Assembly (NCBI GenBank): GCA_963675915.1
Contig: OY780959.1
Location: forward strand, 2,593,388 to 2,625,387
Length of the DNA stretch: 32,000 nt
Reading direction: 5' to 3'
Origin: Coprobacillaceae bacterium
Lineage (GTDB): Bacteria; Bacillota_I; Bacilli_A; Erysipelotrichales; Coprobacillaceae
In this document: positions 24,418 through 32,000 of the stretch, piece after piece
Layout of the letters: each line of letters opens with the position of its first letter
Position numbering within the stretch: position 1 is the stretch's first letter
Program-made: the position numbers and the translations under genes
Notes under the pieces: model-generated
The model's input: only the letters and a program-made list of their open reading frames with translations
What the model was told of the DNA's origin: nothing
Databases searched by the model: none

Positions 24418-24907
24418 GGTGATCCCCCTTTTCCAGTACATCTTCAAAATCCTGGTAGATTTGAGCTTTGATTTTATCAGGATCATTAGAAGATGGATAA
24501 AGCCATAAAATTGAAAATTCATCTTTGATCATGTCGATGGTTACGGTTCCCGGGGTGAGCGTTATTGCATTGGCGACCAGGGATTTGAGCCACGATCTTT
24601 CCAACTTCGTTTTCACTATAATGACACGGGGGTTGATTTCACCTTTGACAAGATGCTTGATGGTATCAAATGCCGAAATATAGATATTCTTGATCAAAAC
24701 AAGGATAAATATGATCATTCTTAGCGGTGAGATATGATAATCATAATGCCCGCTTTGATGAGGATGGATCAGATTTAGCATCATGATAGTGGTCAGGGAA
24801 ATCAGGATTCCGACAAAAATGGTGGCAAGATGAAAGTTTTCATTCAATGTTACCCAGACAGTGGTAAGCAGAATGATCAAAATGACTTTTCTTTGGATAT
24901 TATTCAT
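24410..24907 (-). CDS. mrpE: Mrp/Mnh antiporter subunit E
   Basis: 165 aa and first gene of the operon, with RBS GAGGTGA. The two N-terminal TM segments and TLTPGTVTID motif are typical of MnhE. Confidence 0.8.
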   Translation of the reverse strand: MNNIQRKVILIILLTTVWVTLNENFHLATIFVGILISLTTIMMLNLIHPHQSGHYDYHISPLRMIIFILVLIKNIYISAFDTIKHLVKGEINPRVIIVKTKLERSWLKSLVANAITLTPGTVTIDMIKDEFSILWLYPSSNDPDKIKAQIYQDFEDVLEKGDHHA

Positions 24908-25118
24908 ATAATCACCTCAATTTGGTTTCTGGTTTGATTGTAAACGTTTTATTGATTTAGAATAATTGTAACATATAACTGCTTTGATTGACCACATGAT
25001 GCAATCTAATTTGCCTGGAAAACAACTGATAATAATGAAAAAAGAAAAACCAAACCGGAAGATTGGAGTCGTTGCCAAAAAATTACCGGATAATATGATG
25101 ATATTTTCACCTTTTCCA

Positions 25119-25127
25119 TGATATAAT
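25119..25127 (+). promoter_or_regulatory. Candidate extended -10 element (TGATATAAT) for the carotenoid-tailoring operon
   Basis: It lies in the 298-bp divergent intergenic region, ~80 nt upstream of ATG 25206. The -35 is poor. Confidence 0.35.
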
Positions 25128-25205
25128 GGTCATATATATTATGGGATATGTTTCATAAATATGACACTTGGCAGAATTATCATAATTACTGGGGAGGAAA
25201 ATTGT

Positions 25206-26819
25206 ATGAATAAAAATACCAGCTATGACGTTATTGTTGTCGGTTCCGGGATTTCAGGTCTTGTTGCCGCCGCTTATTTGTCGTCATCGGGTTACCACGT
25301 CCTGGTACTGGAAAAGGAGAGTCGGACCGGGGGATTGGTTGGCTGCTTCAACCGGCACGGATACACCTTTGACGCGGGGGCTCGGGCTTTGGAAAATTCA
25401 GGGATAATGTTCCCGATGTTAAAACAGCTTGGAATTGGAATGGAATTCGAAAAAAACCAGATTACTATCGGACTTGGCAAGGATCGGGTGATTTTGACTT
25501 CGGATGACAGCATTGGGGAATATGAAGAATTCCTGGTCCGGAATTTCCCGGACAACAAGAGGGATATTGCTGCAATCATCAAAGAAATAAAAAAAGTAAT
25601 GAAATATATGGAGGTTCTCTACGGTATCAATAATCCGTTATTTGTCGATTACCTGGAAGATTACGAATATCTGTTCAAAACCTTGATTCCGTGGTTGTTT
25701 AAATATCAAGTCAACATCTCTAAAGCGATGAAACTGGATCAACCGATTAATGATTATTTGAAAAATTTCACTGATAATATGGAGTTGATAGATTTTATCA
25801 CCCAACACTTTTTCCAGGATACACCGGCATTTTTCGCTCTAAGCTATTTCAGTGTCTATCTTGATTATTATTATCCTAAAGGTGGGACCGGAGCTTTCGT
25901 TGAAAAACTGACTGATTTTGTCATTGAAAATCGCGGCGTTGTCAAATTGGACAGCGAGGTAGTCAAAATCGATCTTGATCATAATAAAATTGAAGATGCC
26001 AATGGAACTGAATATAACTATGAAAAGATGATCTGGACCGCTGATTCCAATTATTTGTATGACCACTTGCGGAGCCGGCAAATCTCCAATAACATCAAAA
26101 TTGAATCCAACCGGCGAATTCGCAAGGACAGTATCGGGGGAGATTCGGTAATTTCATTTTTCATGGAAATTGACATGGAACCGGAATATTTCAGAAAAAG
26201 ATGTGGAGAACATTGTTTTTACACTCCTGAAAAGAAGGGGATTCATTCCCTCAGGGGCGAACTCAATGATGAGAATCTGACCAAAATGGAATTAATTAAT
26301 CGGATTGTCGATTATCTTGAATATACTACCTATGAAATATCATGCCCGGTGCTGCGGGATCCGACACTGGCTCCGGAAGGCAAAACCGGATTGATTGTTT
26401 CGACCTTGATTGATTACAAGGTAGTGGCGCGAATCCATGATTCAGGCTGGTACGAGGAATTCAAAAATATCGCCACTCATGCCGTTATCGAAATTCTCGA
26501 TCATGCTCTTTCCAAAGGGTTCAAGACTAAAGTGCTGTACAGTTCCTGTTCGACGCCCCTGACAATTGAAAAATTATCCAGCAGCTATCAGGGGGCTTTG
26601 ACCGGATGGTCATTTAAAAACCAGGAAATCCCATGTGAGACCCGGTTAAATAAGATTGCCAATTCAATCAATACGCCGTTCAAAGACATTTATCAAGCCG
26701 GGCAATGGACCTTCAGTCCATCAGGGATTCCAATATCGATCCTAACCGGTAAGATGGCGGCTGACAAAGTTAACAAAGTTCTAACCAGAAAGCGAAAAAA
26801 ATTGAAAGTAGGTCGATAG
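25206..26819 (+). CDS. Phytoene-desaturase-family FAD-dependent oxidoreductase (CrtN/CrtP/CrtD-like)
   Basis: ATG 25206 lies 8 nt after GGGGAGG. The dinucleotide fold is YDVIVVGSGISGLVAAAYLSSSGYHVLVLEKESRTGG, and the C-terminus has a family-typical Gly-rich end. The ORF-track start at 25161 adds 15 unsupported codons. Confidence 0.75.
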   Translation: MNKNTSYDVIVVGSGISGLVAAAYLSSSGYHVLVLEKESRTGGLVGCFNRHGYTFDAGARALENSGIMFPMLKQLGIGMEFEKNQITIGLGKDRVILTSDDSIGEYEEFLVRNFPDNKRDIAAIIKEIKKVMKYMEVLYGINNPLFVDYLEDYEYLFKTLIPWLFKYQVNISKAMKLDQPINDYLKNFTDNMELIDFITQHFFQDTPAFFALSYFSVYLDYYYPKGGTGAFVEKLTDFVIENRGVVKLDSEVVKIDLDHNKIEDANGTEYNYEKMIWTADSNYLYDHLRSRQISNNIKIESNRRIRKDSIGGDSVISFFMEIDMEPEYFRKRCGEHCFYTPEKKGIHSLRGELNDENLTKMELINRIVDYLEYTTYEISCPVLRDPTLAPEGKTGLIVSTLIDYKVVARIHDSGWYEEFKNIATHAVIEILDHALSKGFKTKVLYSSCSTPLTIEKLSSSYQGALTGWSFKNQEIPCETRLNKIANSINTPFKDIYQAGQWTFSPSGIPISILTGKMAADKVNKVLTRKRKKLKVGR

Positions 26820-26820
26820 G

Positions 26821-27918
26821 ATGCTTTTCGATTTAATAACAATGCCTCTAGGGCTGATTGCGAGTCGTTTGCTTTTTAAAAAATTCAACGAGGTTGCCAC
26901 GGATTACCAATCCAGCCGGCATTATGAAGTTTCAATAGTAATTCCAGTCCGCAATGAAGCGGCCAATATTCCATTGCTTCTTGAAGACCTCAAAAAACAG
27001 GACTATCCCATCAGGGAAATCATCTGTGTCGATGACCAGTCAACTGATAATACGGCAGAAATCGTAACAAGTTTGGGTGTCAAATTGGTTTCGGTAACAA
27101 AAAAGCCGGAGCACTGGATTGGGAAATCCTGGGCCTGCCAGCAGGGAGCGTCCAATTCCCAAGGGGAGTTGATCCTGTTTCTTGATGCCGACGTCAGAAT
27201 GAATCCGAGGGCAGTTGCCAATCTTGTGGCTAGATATGACCAAAACAATTGTGTCATTTCAGCCCAACCGTTCCATTCGATGGGCGAGTTCTATGAACAG
27301 TTTTCCCTGTTTTTCAATCTTGTCCAAATTGCGGCCAACGGGACCTGTCTCTATAAAGCGGGGCAGCATGCCGGCCTCTACGGACCGGTAATTCTGATTG
27401 ACCGGAAGACTTACCTTGCCATTAATGGGCATGAAGCGGCCAAAAGCAGTATTGTCGACGATGTATCTTTGGGACAGGAATTGGCTAAAAAAGGCTATCG
27501 CTACAGCTTGTTTATAGGAGAATCTTTGATTTCGTTTCGGATGTACAAATCCGGCCACCTCAGTCTGATCAGAGGTTGGACTAAGAATTTTTCAACCGGG
27601 GCATCCAAGACCCCGCTGTTGCCGTTGGTGTTGGTGCTTTTATGGGTGACTTCGGTGGCCACGGCAGCTTTGAAGTTGGTTACGAGTTTGGGAGCCGGAG
27701 ATCTGCTTAGTGTTTATGTCTACCTGGGGTTCTATTTGCTTTGGGTGTTTGAATTGATACGGATTTCCCGGCGGATCGGCAATTTCAAAAAAACGGCGCT
27801 GATACTTTATCCGGGCTATTTGGCGTTTTTCATTGCGATATTCGCATTATCGATGTTCAAGAAAATATTTGGAATGAATGTGGTTTGGAAAGACCGTAAG
27901 ATCAAGTTGGAGAAATAG
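26821..27918 (+). CDS. crtQ: Family-2 glycosyltransferase, CrtQ-like (4,4'-diaponeurosporenoate glycosyltransferase type)
   Basis: Motifs are VSIVIPVRNEAANI, CVDDQSTDNT, GKSWACQQG, FLDADV and FRMYKSGHLSLIRGWTKNFSTGA. They parallel staphylococcal CrtQ as I recall it. It starts 1 nt after the upstream stop. Confidence 0.7.
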   Translation: MLFDLITMPLGLIASRLLFKKFNEVATDYQSSRHYEVSIVIPVRNEAANIPLLLEDLKKQDYPIREIICVDDQSTDNTAEIVTSLGVKLVSVTKKPEHWIGKSWACQQGASNSQGELILFLDADVRMNPRAVANLVARYDQNNCVISAQPFHSMGEFYEQFSLFFNLVQIAANGTCLYKAGQHAGLYGPVILIDRKTYLAINGHEAAKSSIVDDVSLGQELAKKGYRYSLFIGESLISFRMYKSGHLSLIRGWTKNFSTGASKTPLLPLVLVLLWVTSVATAALKLVTSLGAGDLLSVYVYLGFYLLWVFELIRISRRIGNFKKTALILYPGYLAFFIAIFALSMFKKIFGMNVVWKDRKIKLEK

Positions 27919-27920
27919 CG

Positions 27921-28400
27921 ATGAGGATAATATTTTTGAATGACACGCTGACAATTCTGCTTTGCTTTGTTATCTGGCCAATCTTGCAACTGGTTGCCAT
28001 GAAAATCACTTTTGTGATTCCCGAAAGTTATTACCGGGAAGATAATTTCCTGTTCAAAGAGAGGAAATGGGAGAACCGGGGTCGGATTTACGAGCGGTTT
28101 TTTAAGATTAAAAAATGGAAGAAACTGTTACCTGACGGGGCAGCTTTTGTGAAGCAGGCATATGAAAAAAAGAATCTCAAGGACAACTCCAAATCCAATC
28201 TTGAGAAATTCATGATGGAAACCGCCCGGGCGGAGTTGACCCATGTGTTGGGGATGCTGCCGTTTTGGGTTTTTGGATTCATTGCTCCACCCAAGGTGAT
28301 TCTCTATATGTTTGTTTATGCGGTTATTGCCAATGTGCCATGCATTTTACTGCAACGCTATAATCGGATTCGGCTAAAGCGGGTCCTTAAGAGATTTTGA
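27921..28400 (+). CDS. crtO: CrtO-like glycosyl-4,4'-diaponeurosporenoate acyltransferase
   Basis: 159 aa. METARAELTHV and YAVIANVPCILLQRYNRIRL parallel the staphylococcal CrtO motifs ETKRAELIHW and [20 protein letters not shown] (from memory). It starts 2 nt after the crtQ stop. Confidence 0.75.
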   Translation: MRIIFLNDTLTILLCFVIWPILQLVAMKITFVIPESYYREDNFLFKERKWENRGRIYERFFKIKKWKKLLPDGAAFVKQAYEKKNLKDNSKSNLEKFMMETARAELTHVLGMLPFWVFGFIAPPKVILYMFVYAVIANVPCILLQRYNRIRLKRVLKRF

Positions 28401-28433
28401 TGATTTGAAAGATAAAATCAAGGAGCGATAGAT

Positions 28434-28916
28434 ATGAAAAAGCCATTGATACTGTACTATTCATTTGAAGGGAACACCCGTAAGATTGCAGAATATTTGG
28501 CGGAAAAAATCGACAGTGACATTGAACCGATAGTTCCAATCAAAGAGATGAAGGTCCGCAGGTTCGGCAAATATTTCTGGGGTGGCATGATGGTCAGGAT
28601 GAAATATAAGCCCGAATTGGAGCCAATAGACCATAATATTGGTGGTTATGATACTATCATTCTCTGTTCGCCGATTTGGTCGGGTACTTTCGCTCCGCCG
28701 ATTTTAAGCTTGCTTGAAAGCGGCCAACTTAAAAACAAGCGCATCGGCTACATCTATACTCATGAAGGCGGTGCTGATGACGCTGTTGCCAAGGCAGAGG
28801 CGATAATTGAAAAAGATAATACGCTGGTTTCTAGTTTTGGTTGTTATGCGGTGATGAAATATTTCGACACCCTTAAAGATGAGGTTGTTGAATGGTCCAA
28901 ACGGATTCTTAGCTAG
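28434..28916 (+). CDS. Flavodoxin-family protein
   Basis: 160 aa. The N-terminal FMN-phosphate loop is ILYYSFEGNTRKIAE. RBS AAGGAG. Confidence 0.75.
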   Translation: MKKPLILYYSFEGNTRKIAEYLAEKIDSDIEPIVPIKEMKVRRFGKYFWGGMMVRMKYKPELEPIDHNIGGYDTIILCSPIWSGTFAPPILSLLESGQLKNKRIGYIYTHEGGADDAVAKAEAIIEKDNTLVSSFGCYAVMKYFDTLKDEVVEWSKRILS

Positions 28917-29041
28917 AGGCAATAATCGTGCCGTGGTTTGATGATGTCTTCTCCAAATATTGTTTTGGCAGCCTATTTATGATAGAATTGTGGTAAATTG
29001 TGTGATAGCAACTAATCGCATCAATTTTAGAGGAGATAGAT

Positions 29042-29671
29042 ATGAAAAAAATATTTAATTGTTTAATAGTCTTGGCGCTGGGATTGGCCTTGAGCGGGTG
29101 CAGTTCGAATACAGCCCAACCGCAAGATACGGTCGATCAATTTATCGAGTATGCAATTGATTTCAACTTCGCCGATATGTACGGCCTGATTGAAAACGGC
29201 GATGCAATGGCTCTAGACCAGGTAGATGAGATGCTGTATCCGACTGATGAGGAAGATGACTATGCTCAGTATTTCATCGATTATCTAAAAGACAATGCAC
29301 AAAAGATCCAATATGAAGTGGTTTCTAGTGAAGTCGATGGAGAAAATGCGGTTGTGACTGTTGAATGCACATATGTCGATGGGGGGACAGTGCTGGTAAA
29401 AACAATGCAGCAGTATTTCATTCAGGCTCTAAGTCAGGCGTTCAGTGGCGTGGAACTTACTGATGAAGAGTATAGTCAGATGTTCATCGATATCATGGAT
29501 GAACAGATAGCGACATATCAGGAAAATACTTTGAGCGCTACAGTTGTGTTTGAGCTGGTAAATATCGATGGTACATGGTATATTTCTGACGTAAGTGATG
29601 AAATTGCGGATGTGATTCTGTCTGGTTTTATAACGGGAGCGTCCCAACTGGAAGATACTTTCAGCGAATAA
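29042..29671 (+). CDS. Putative lipoprotein, acidic, unknown function
   Basis: 209 aa. It has a signal peptide with lipobox LSGC. RBS GAGGAG. I recognise no family with confidence. Confidence 0.6.
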   Translation: MKKIFNCLIVLALGLALSGCSSNTAQPQDTVDQFIEYAIDFNFADMYGLIENGDAMALDQVDEMLYPTDEEDDYAQYFIDYLKDNAQKIQYEVVSSEVDGENAVVTVECTYVDGGTVLVKTMQQYFIQALSQAFSGVELTDEEYSQMFIDIMDEQIATYQENTLSATVVFELVNIDGTWYISDVSDEIADVILSGFITGASQLEDTFSE

Positions 29672-29673
29672 CA

Positions 29674-29681
29674 GATTTTTT
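29674..29681. repeat. Target-site duplication, left copy (GATTTTTT) of IS copy 2
   Basis: Identical octamer at 31957-31964. Confidence 0.9.
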
Positions 29682-29774
29682 GGTACTCTAAAATAACTTG
29701 AGGTAGCACTTGTTATAAGCAATAGAATTATTTGATGTGCTTACTACCTCATGAATGATTAGAGCCACAATAGG

Positions 29775-29809
29775 GTGACTGGAAATCTTATGATTTCCAG
29801 TCACTTTTT
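29775..29809 (+). terminator. IS-internal perfect hairpin plus T5 (copy 2 equivalent of 17985-18019)
   Basis: Sequence identical to copy 1. Confidence 0.6.
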
Positions 29810-31227
29810 CATTTTGTCGAGGGGTAGATATAGTAATTCACATCATCGTTCAAGACATATAGCACCCTGCTTCGGAATCTTTCCCAGTTATTATAGCCAT
29901 TGGCGTTTCGTTTGATGCTTTTTATGGTTTTGTTTCTGTTTTCGATTATTCCATTATTGATTTTATGACCTTTGGTTATTTCGATGAACGAATTGATTAT
30001 TTCGTTCTTCCACCTAACCATCGTATTAGCGAAATCGTTCATTCCTTTTACATTGCTTTTTCTAAATTCGTCAATTATTTCCTCAAGGTTCCGTTTCGCT
30101 GTTTTATAATTGCTCTTTTTAAAGAATCTTATTACTTCATCTTTTAAATCTACAGCTTCTTCGAGTTGTGGGTCGATTTTCATTATGTAGTCAAGAAGAT
30201 CATAGGGATTGTAATAACCTTCAAGCACTCTATTGTATTTCTTTTTGACGTTCGGATCGAATATCTTTGGATCATTCTTGTAAAGAAGCCAATTGAATTT
30301 TTTGAGCACATAATATTGCTTCTTACGTTCTTTGATTTCTACAATCTCTTTTGGGGTGAGATTCTCCTTAATTAGATTTGGTGGGACTTTGACCTTGTTC
30401 ATAACATCGATTCTAACTCTGTCAACCTTCTTGGTAAGCTCCTGGATTACATGAAACTTGTCACAGGCCACAACGGCATTTGGGAATACACGCTTGCTTA
30501 CGATTCGATAAGTTTCCCACATATCAGTTGATACGACTTTAACTATTTCCCGTTCTTTCCTGGGAATCAGGGTGAAGTAGTTAAGCAAACTGTATTTTTT
30601 TCGTTCTGGCAACAGATCAATTATTTTCTGGTTTTGATAATCAAGCAGCACGCAAACATAGTTGCTTCTTTTCGATTTGAAGGCATAAACTTCATCAATG
30701 CAGATATACTCCGGCAGCGTTCTTCTTGATACTCTTACATGCTTGTCAAATATCGAAGCAACTGTGGTGGGCGATATGTTGTGACGATAAGCAACGCTCT
30801 TGAATGTTTCATTAAACGATTTCAAATCCTTCAGGACATTATATACGGTCGCCAAAGAGATTTTCATACCTTTGAGGGTGAACGGATTGTGTTCATAGAA
30901 TGTTTTGTTGCAGGCGGGGCATTTGTGCCTGCGGGCATGGTAGTTGATATAGCAAGGAATACCATTTAGGATAGAGTGGGTTATTTTCTTGTTAACGTAG
31001 TTATTGACGATGGTGGTCTCGGTTCCGCAGACCGGGCATATGTGGGGGACACATTCAAGTTCAACATACACATGAACACCATCAAACTGATGATTGACAT
31101 GGATTTTCTTAATCCGTTTGTCTTCAAGATTGAATAGTTTTCTAATATAAATGTCATCAATAGACGCACCCGTGTTAGGATTCGTCGCCAAACACGTAGA
31201 AAGATTAGACTTATTATTCGATTCCAT
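29809..31227 (-). CDS. ISL3-family DDE transposase (copy 2)
   Basis: 472 aa. It differs from copy 1 at two residues: DGVHVYVE versus DGVNVYVE, and LLPERKKY versus LLPDRKKY. Confidence 0.92.
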   Translation of the reverse strand: MESNNKSNLSTCLATNPNTGASIDDIYIRKLFNLEDKRIKKIHVNHQFDGVHVYVELECVPHICPVCGTETTIVNNYVNKKITHSILNGIPCYINYHARRHKCPACNKTFYEHNPFTLKGMKISLATVYNVLKDLKSFNETFKSVAYRHNISPTTVASIFDKHVRVSRRTLPEYICIDEVYAFKSKRSNYVCVLLDYQNQKIIDLLPERKKYSLLNYFTLIPRKEREIVKVVSTDMWETYRIVSKRVFPNAVVACDKFHVIQELTKKVDRVRIDVMNKVKVPPNLIKENLTPKEIVEIKERKKQYYVLKKFNWLLYKNDPKIFDPNVKKKYNRVLEGYYNPYDLLDYIMKIDPQLEEAVDLKDEVIRFFKKSNYKTAKRNLEEIIDEFRKSNVKGMNDFANTMVRWKNEIINSFIEITKGHKINNGIIENRNKTIKSIKRNANGYNNWERFRSRVLYVLNDDVNYYIYPSTK

Positions 31228-31295
31228 ACGTTTTCCTCCTAAAATTCATTTTACAAGTAGATTGTACAAATAAACCCGGTTTAATCGTATGAAAG

Positions 31296-31709
31296 TTATG
31301 TGGTAATGAAGATACAGTCAAATTTTCTTGATTTTAGAATACAAAAATCTTCATAGCTTAGATTGATGTCGAAAGACTGCCGCAGATAACTGAGATACGA
31401 AGGATCGTAATGGTTGTTGTTTACAATGATAGAAACTATGTCATCTTTTGATAAAATTGAGAATGGAACCATTGATTCAATCAGGATGGCATGCGTTCTA
31501 CCGCAGTCCCCGCAAATGAGCCTCATGATCCTAATTTTGAATTTGAGACCTAAAAACGACACATTTCTAACGTAGTAGGAATGTGTCTTGAAAGAGTTTG
31601 TCGCACCACAAGAGCAGCTCATTTGTGAAAAATTGATTGAATTAACTGTGTTGGAGTAGGATTTTTGGTTGATATACTTGATTTTTGTTTCATTTTTTAT
31701 TATTATCAT
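31296..31709 (-). CDS. IS-encoded 137-aa zinc-ribbon protein (copy 2)
   Basis: Protein identical to 19506-19919. Confidence 0.6.
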   Translation of the reverse strand: MIIIKNETKIKYINQKSYSNTVNSINFSQMSCSCGATNSFKTHSYYVRNVSFLGLKFKIRIMRLICGDCGRTHAILIESMVPFSILSKDDIVSIIVNNNHYDPSYLSYLRQSFDINLSYEDFCILKSRKFDCIFITT

Positions 31710-31724
31710 ATTGTTCTTATGAGC

Positions 31725-31766
31725 AGATAGAAATCAAACTTGGTAGGGGAGATTTCTATCTTTTTT
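31725..31766 (+). terminator. IS-internal hairpin plus T tract (copy 2 equivalent of 19935-19976)
   Basis: Sequence identical to copy 1. Confidence 0.45.
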
Positions 31767-31802
31767 CCTTTCTAAAAGATGTTTATATACTAATATGATA
31801 CC

Positions 31803-31853
31803 AAAAAAACAGGCAAAGCACCAAAATGAATCATGGAGCTAAGCCTGTTTTTT
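31803..31853. terminator. IS-internal bidirectional terminator-like hairpin (copy 2 equivalent of 20013-20063)
   Basis: Sequence identical to copy 1. Confidence 0.5.
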
Positions 31854-31956
31854 AGAATTACACCTCAACAATCGTTGTAGCTAATAAATGGTCCTACAAA
31901 AGTAAACCATCACTCATATTGTTCGGAGCGGCAATATTAAACTATCTTAGATACTC

Positions 31957-31964
31957 GATTTTTT
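31957..31964. repeat. Target-site duplication, right copy (GATTTTTT) of IS copy 2
   Basis: Identical to 29674-29681. Confidence 0.9.
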
Positions 31965-31967
31965 ATG

Positions 31968-31991
31968 GTGACGGTTTCTCCGTCACTTTTT
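31968..31991 (+). terminator. Intrinsic terminator that belonged to the lipoprotein gene before IS copy 2 inserted
   Basis: GTGACGG-TTTCT-CCGTCAC followed by T5. It is now separated from the stop codon at 29671 by the IS. Confidence 0.75.
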
Positions 31992-32000
31992 AATTTTGAA

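Larger units (their letters stand above)
29682..31956 (-). mobile_element. ISL3-family insertion sequence, copy 2 (2275 bp)
   Basis: Same ends and organisation as copy 1. By eye I found six substitutions relative to copy 1. Its own 8-bp TSD is present. Confidence 0.92.

Noticed and set aside
22640-24522. Long N-terminal extensions of the mrpC (to 22684), MbhE-like (to 23473) and mrpF (to 24522) ORFs in the ORF track.
   Set aside because: Each extension overlaps the preceding gene by 40-180 nt. Internal ATGs at 22639, 23299 and 24417 give family-typical lengths, with the 8-nt overlap or short gap seen elsewhere in the operon.
17892-31956. The two IS copies plus the intervening 9.5 kb as a composite transposon inserted as one unit.
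   Set aside because: A composite insertion would leave matching duplications at the outer flanks only. Here the outer flanks differ (AAAATCAC on the left, GATTTTTT on the right), and each IS is individually flanked by its own perfect 8-bp repeat. The copies therefore inserted separately into pre-existing chromosomal DNA.
1-32000. CRISPR arrays, tRNA, rRNA or tmRNA genes, prophage or integrase genes, and toxin-antitoxin pairs.
   Set aside because: I saw no short regularly spaced direct repeats, no cloverleaf-compatible or rRNA-like conserved stretches, and no integrase or recombinase other than the ISL3 transposases. This was inspection by eye only; tRNAscan, Infernal and CRISPR-finder runs would be definitive.

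Overview
This is an AT-rich, Firmicutes-style chromosomal segment. It uses the standard genetic code, has AGGAGG-type ribosome-binding sites and many stem-loop plus T-tract terminators, and shows frequent ATGA/TAATG start-stop overlaps. Contents from left to right: (1) A PRD-type regulator that runs off the window start, transcribed divergently from a lactose/cellobiose-family PTS operon (IIB-IIC-IIA). The operon ends with a GH1 6-phospho-beta-glucosidase homologue whose acid/base Glu is replaced by Gln. (2) A DUF362 protein and a cyclophilin-like lipoprotein. (3) A tightly packed four-gene operon: an amidinotransferase-fold (DDAH/arginine-deiminase-like) hydrolase, a RocB-type M20 hydrolase, an iron-type alcohol dehydrogenase and a class-III aminotransferase. 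(4) A small membrane protein, a PHP phosphoesterase, a translationally coupled DUF2254 membrane protein plus patatin-like phospholipase pair, and a HAD-GNAT-YgiD string. (5) Two 2275-bp, about 99.7 % identical, directly oriented ISL3-family insertion sequences, each with its own 8-bp target-site duplication. They bracket 9.5 kb holding msrB, an eight-gene Mbh-type Mrp cation/proton antiporter operon, a carotenoid-tailoring trio (phytoene-desaturase-family oxidoreductase, CrtQ-like glycosyltransferase, CrtO-like acyltransferase), a flavodoxin and a lipoprotein. I saw no rRNA, tRNA, CRISPR array or recognised defence system, and I cannot name one unambiguous novel system. The candidates most worth follow-up are the guanidino/ureido-type catabolic operon, the DUF2254-patatin pair, the two-gene ISL3 element with its stand-alone zinc-ribbon ORF, and the Gln-variant GH1 enzyme. 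All family assignments rest on motifs read by eye from the translations. No database search was run.
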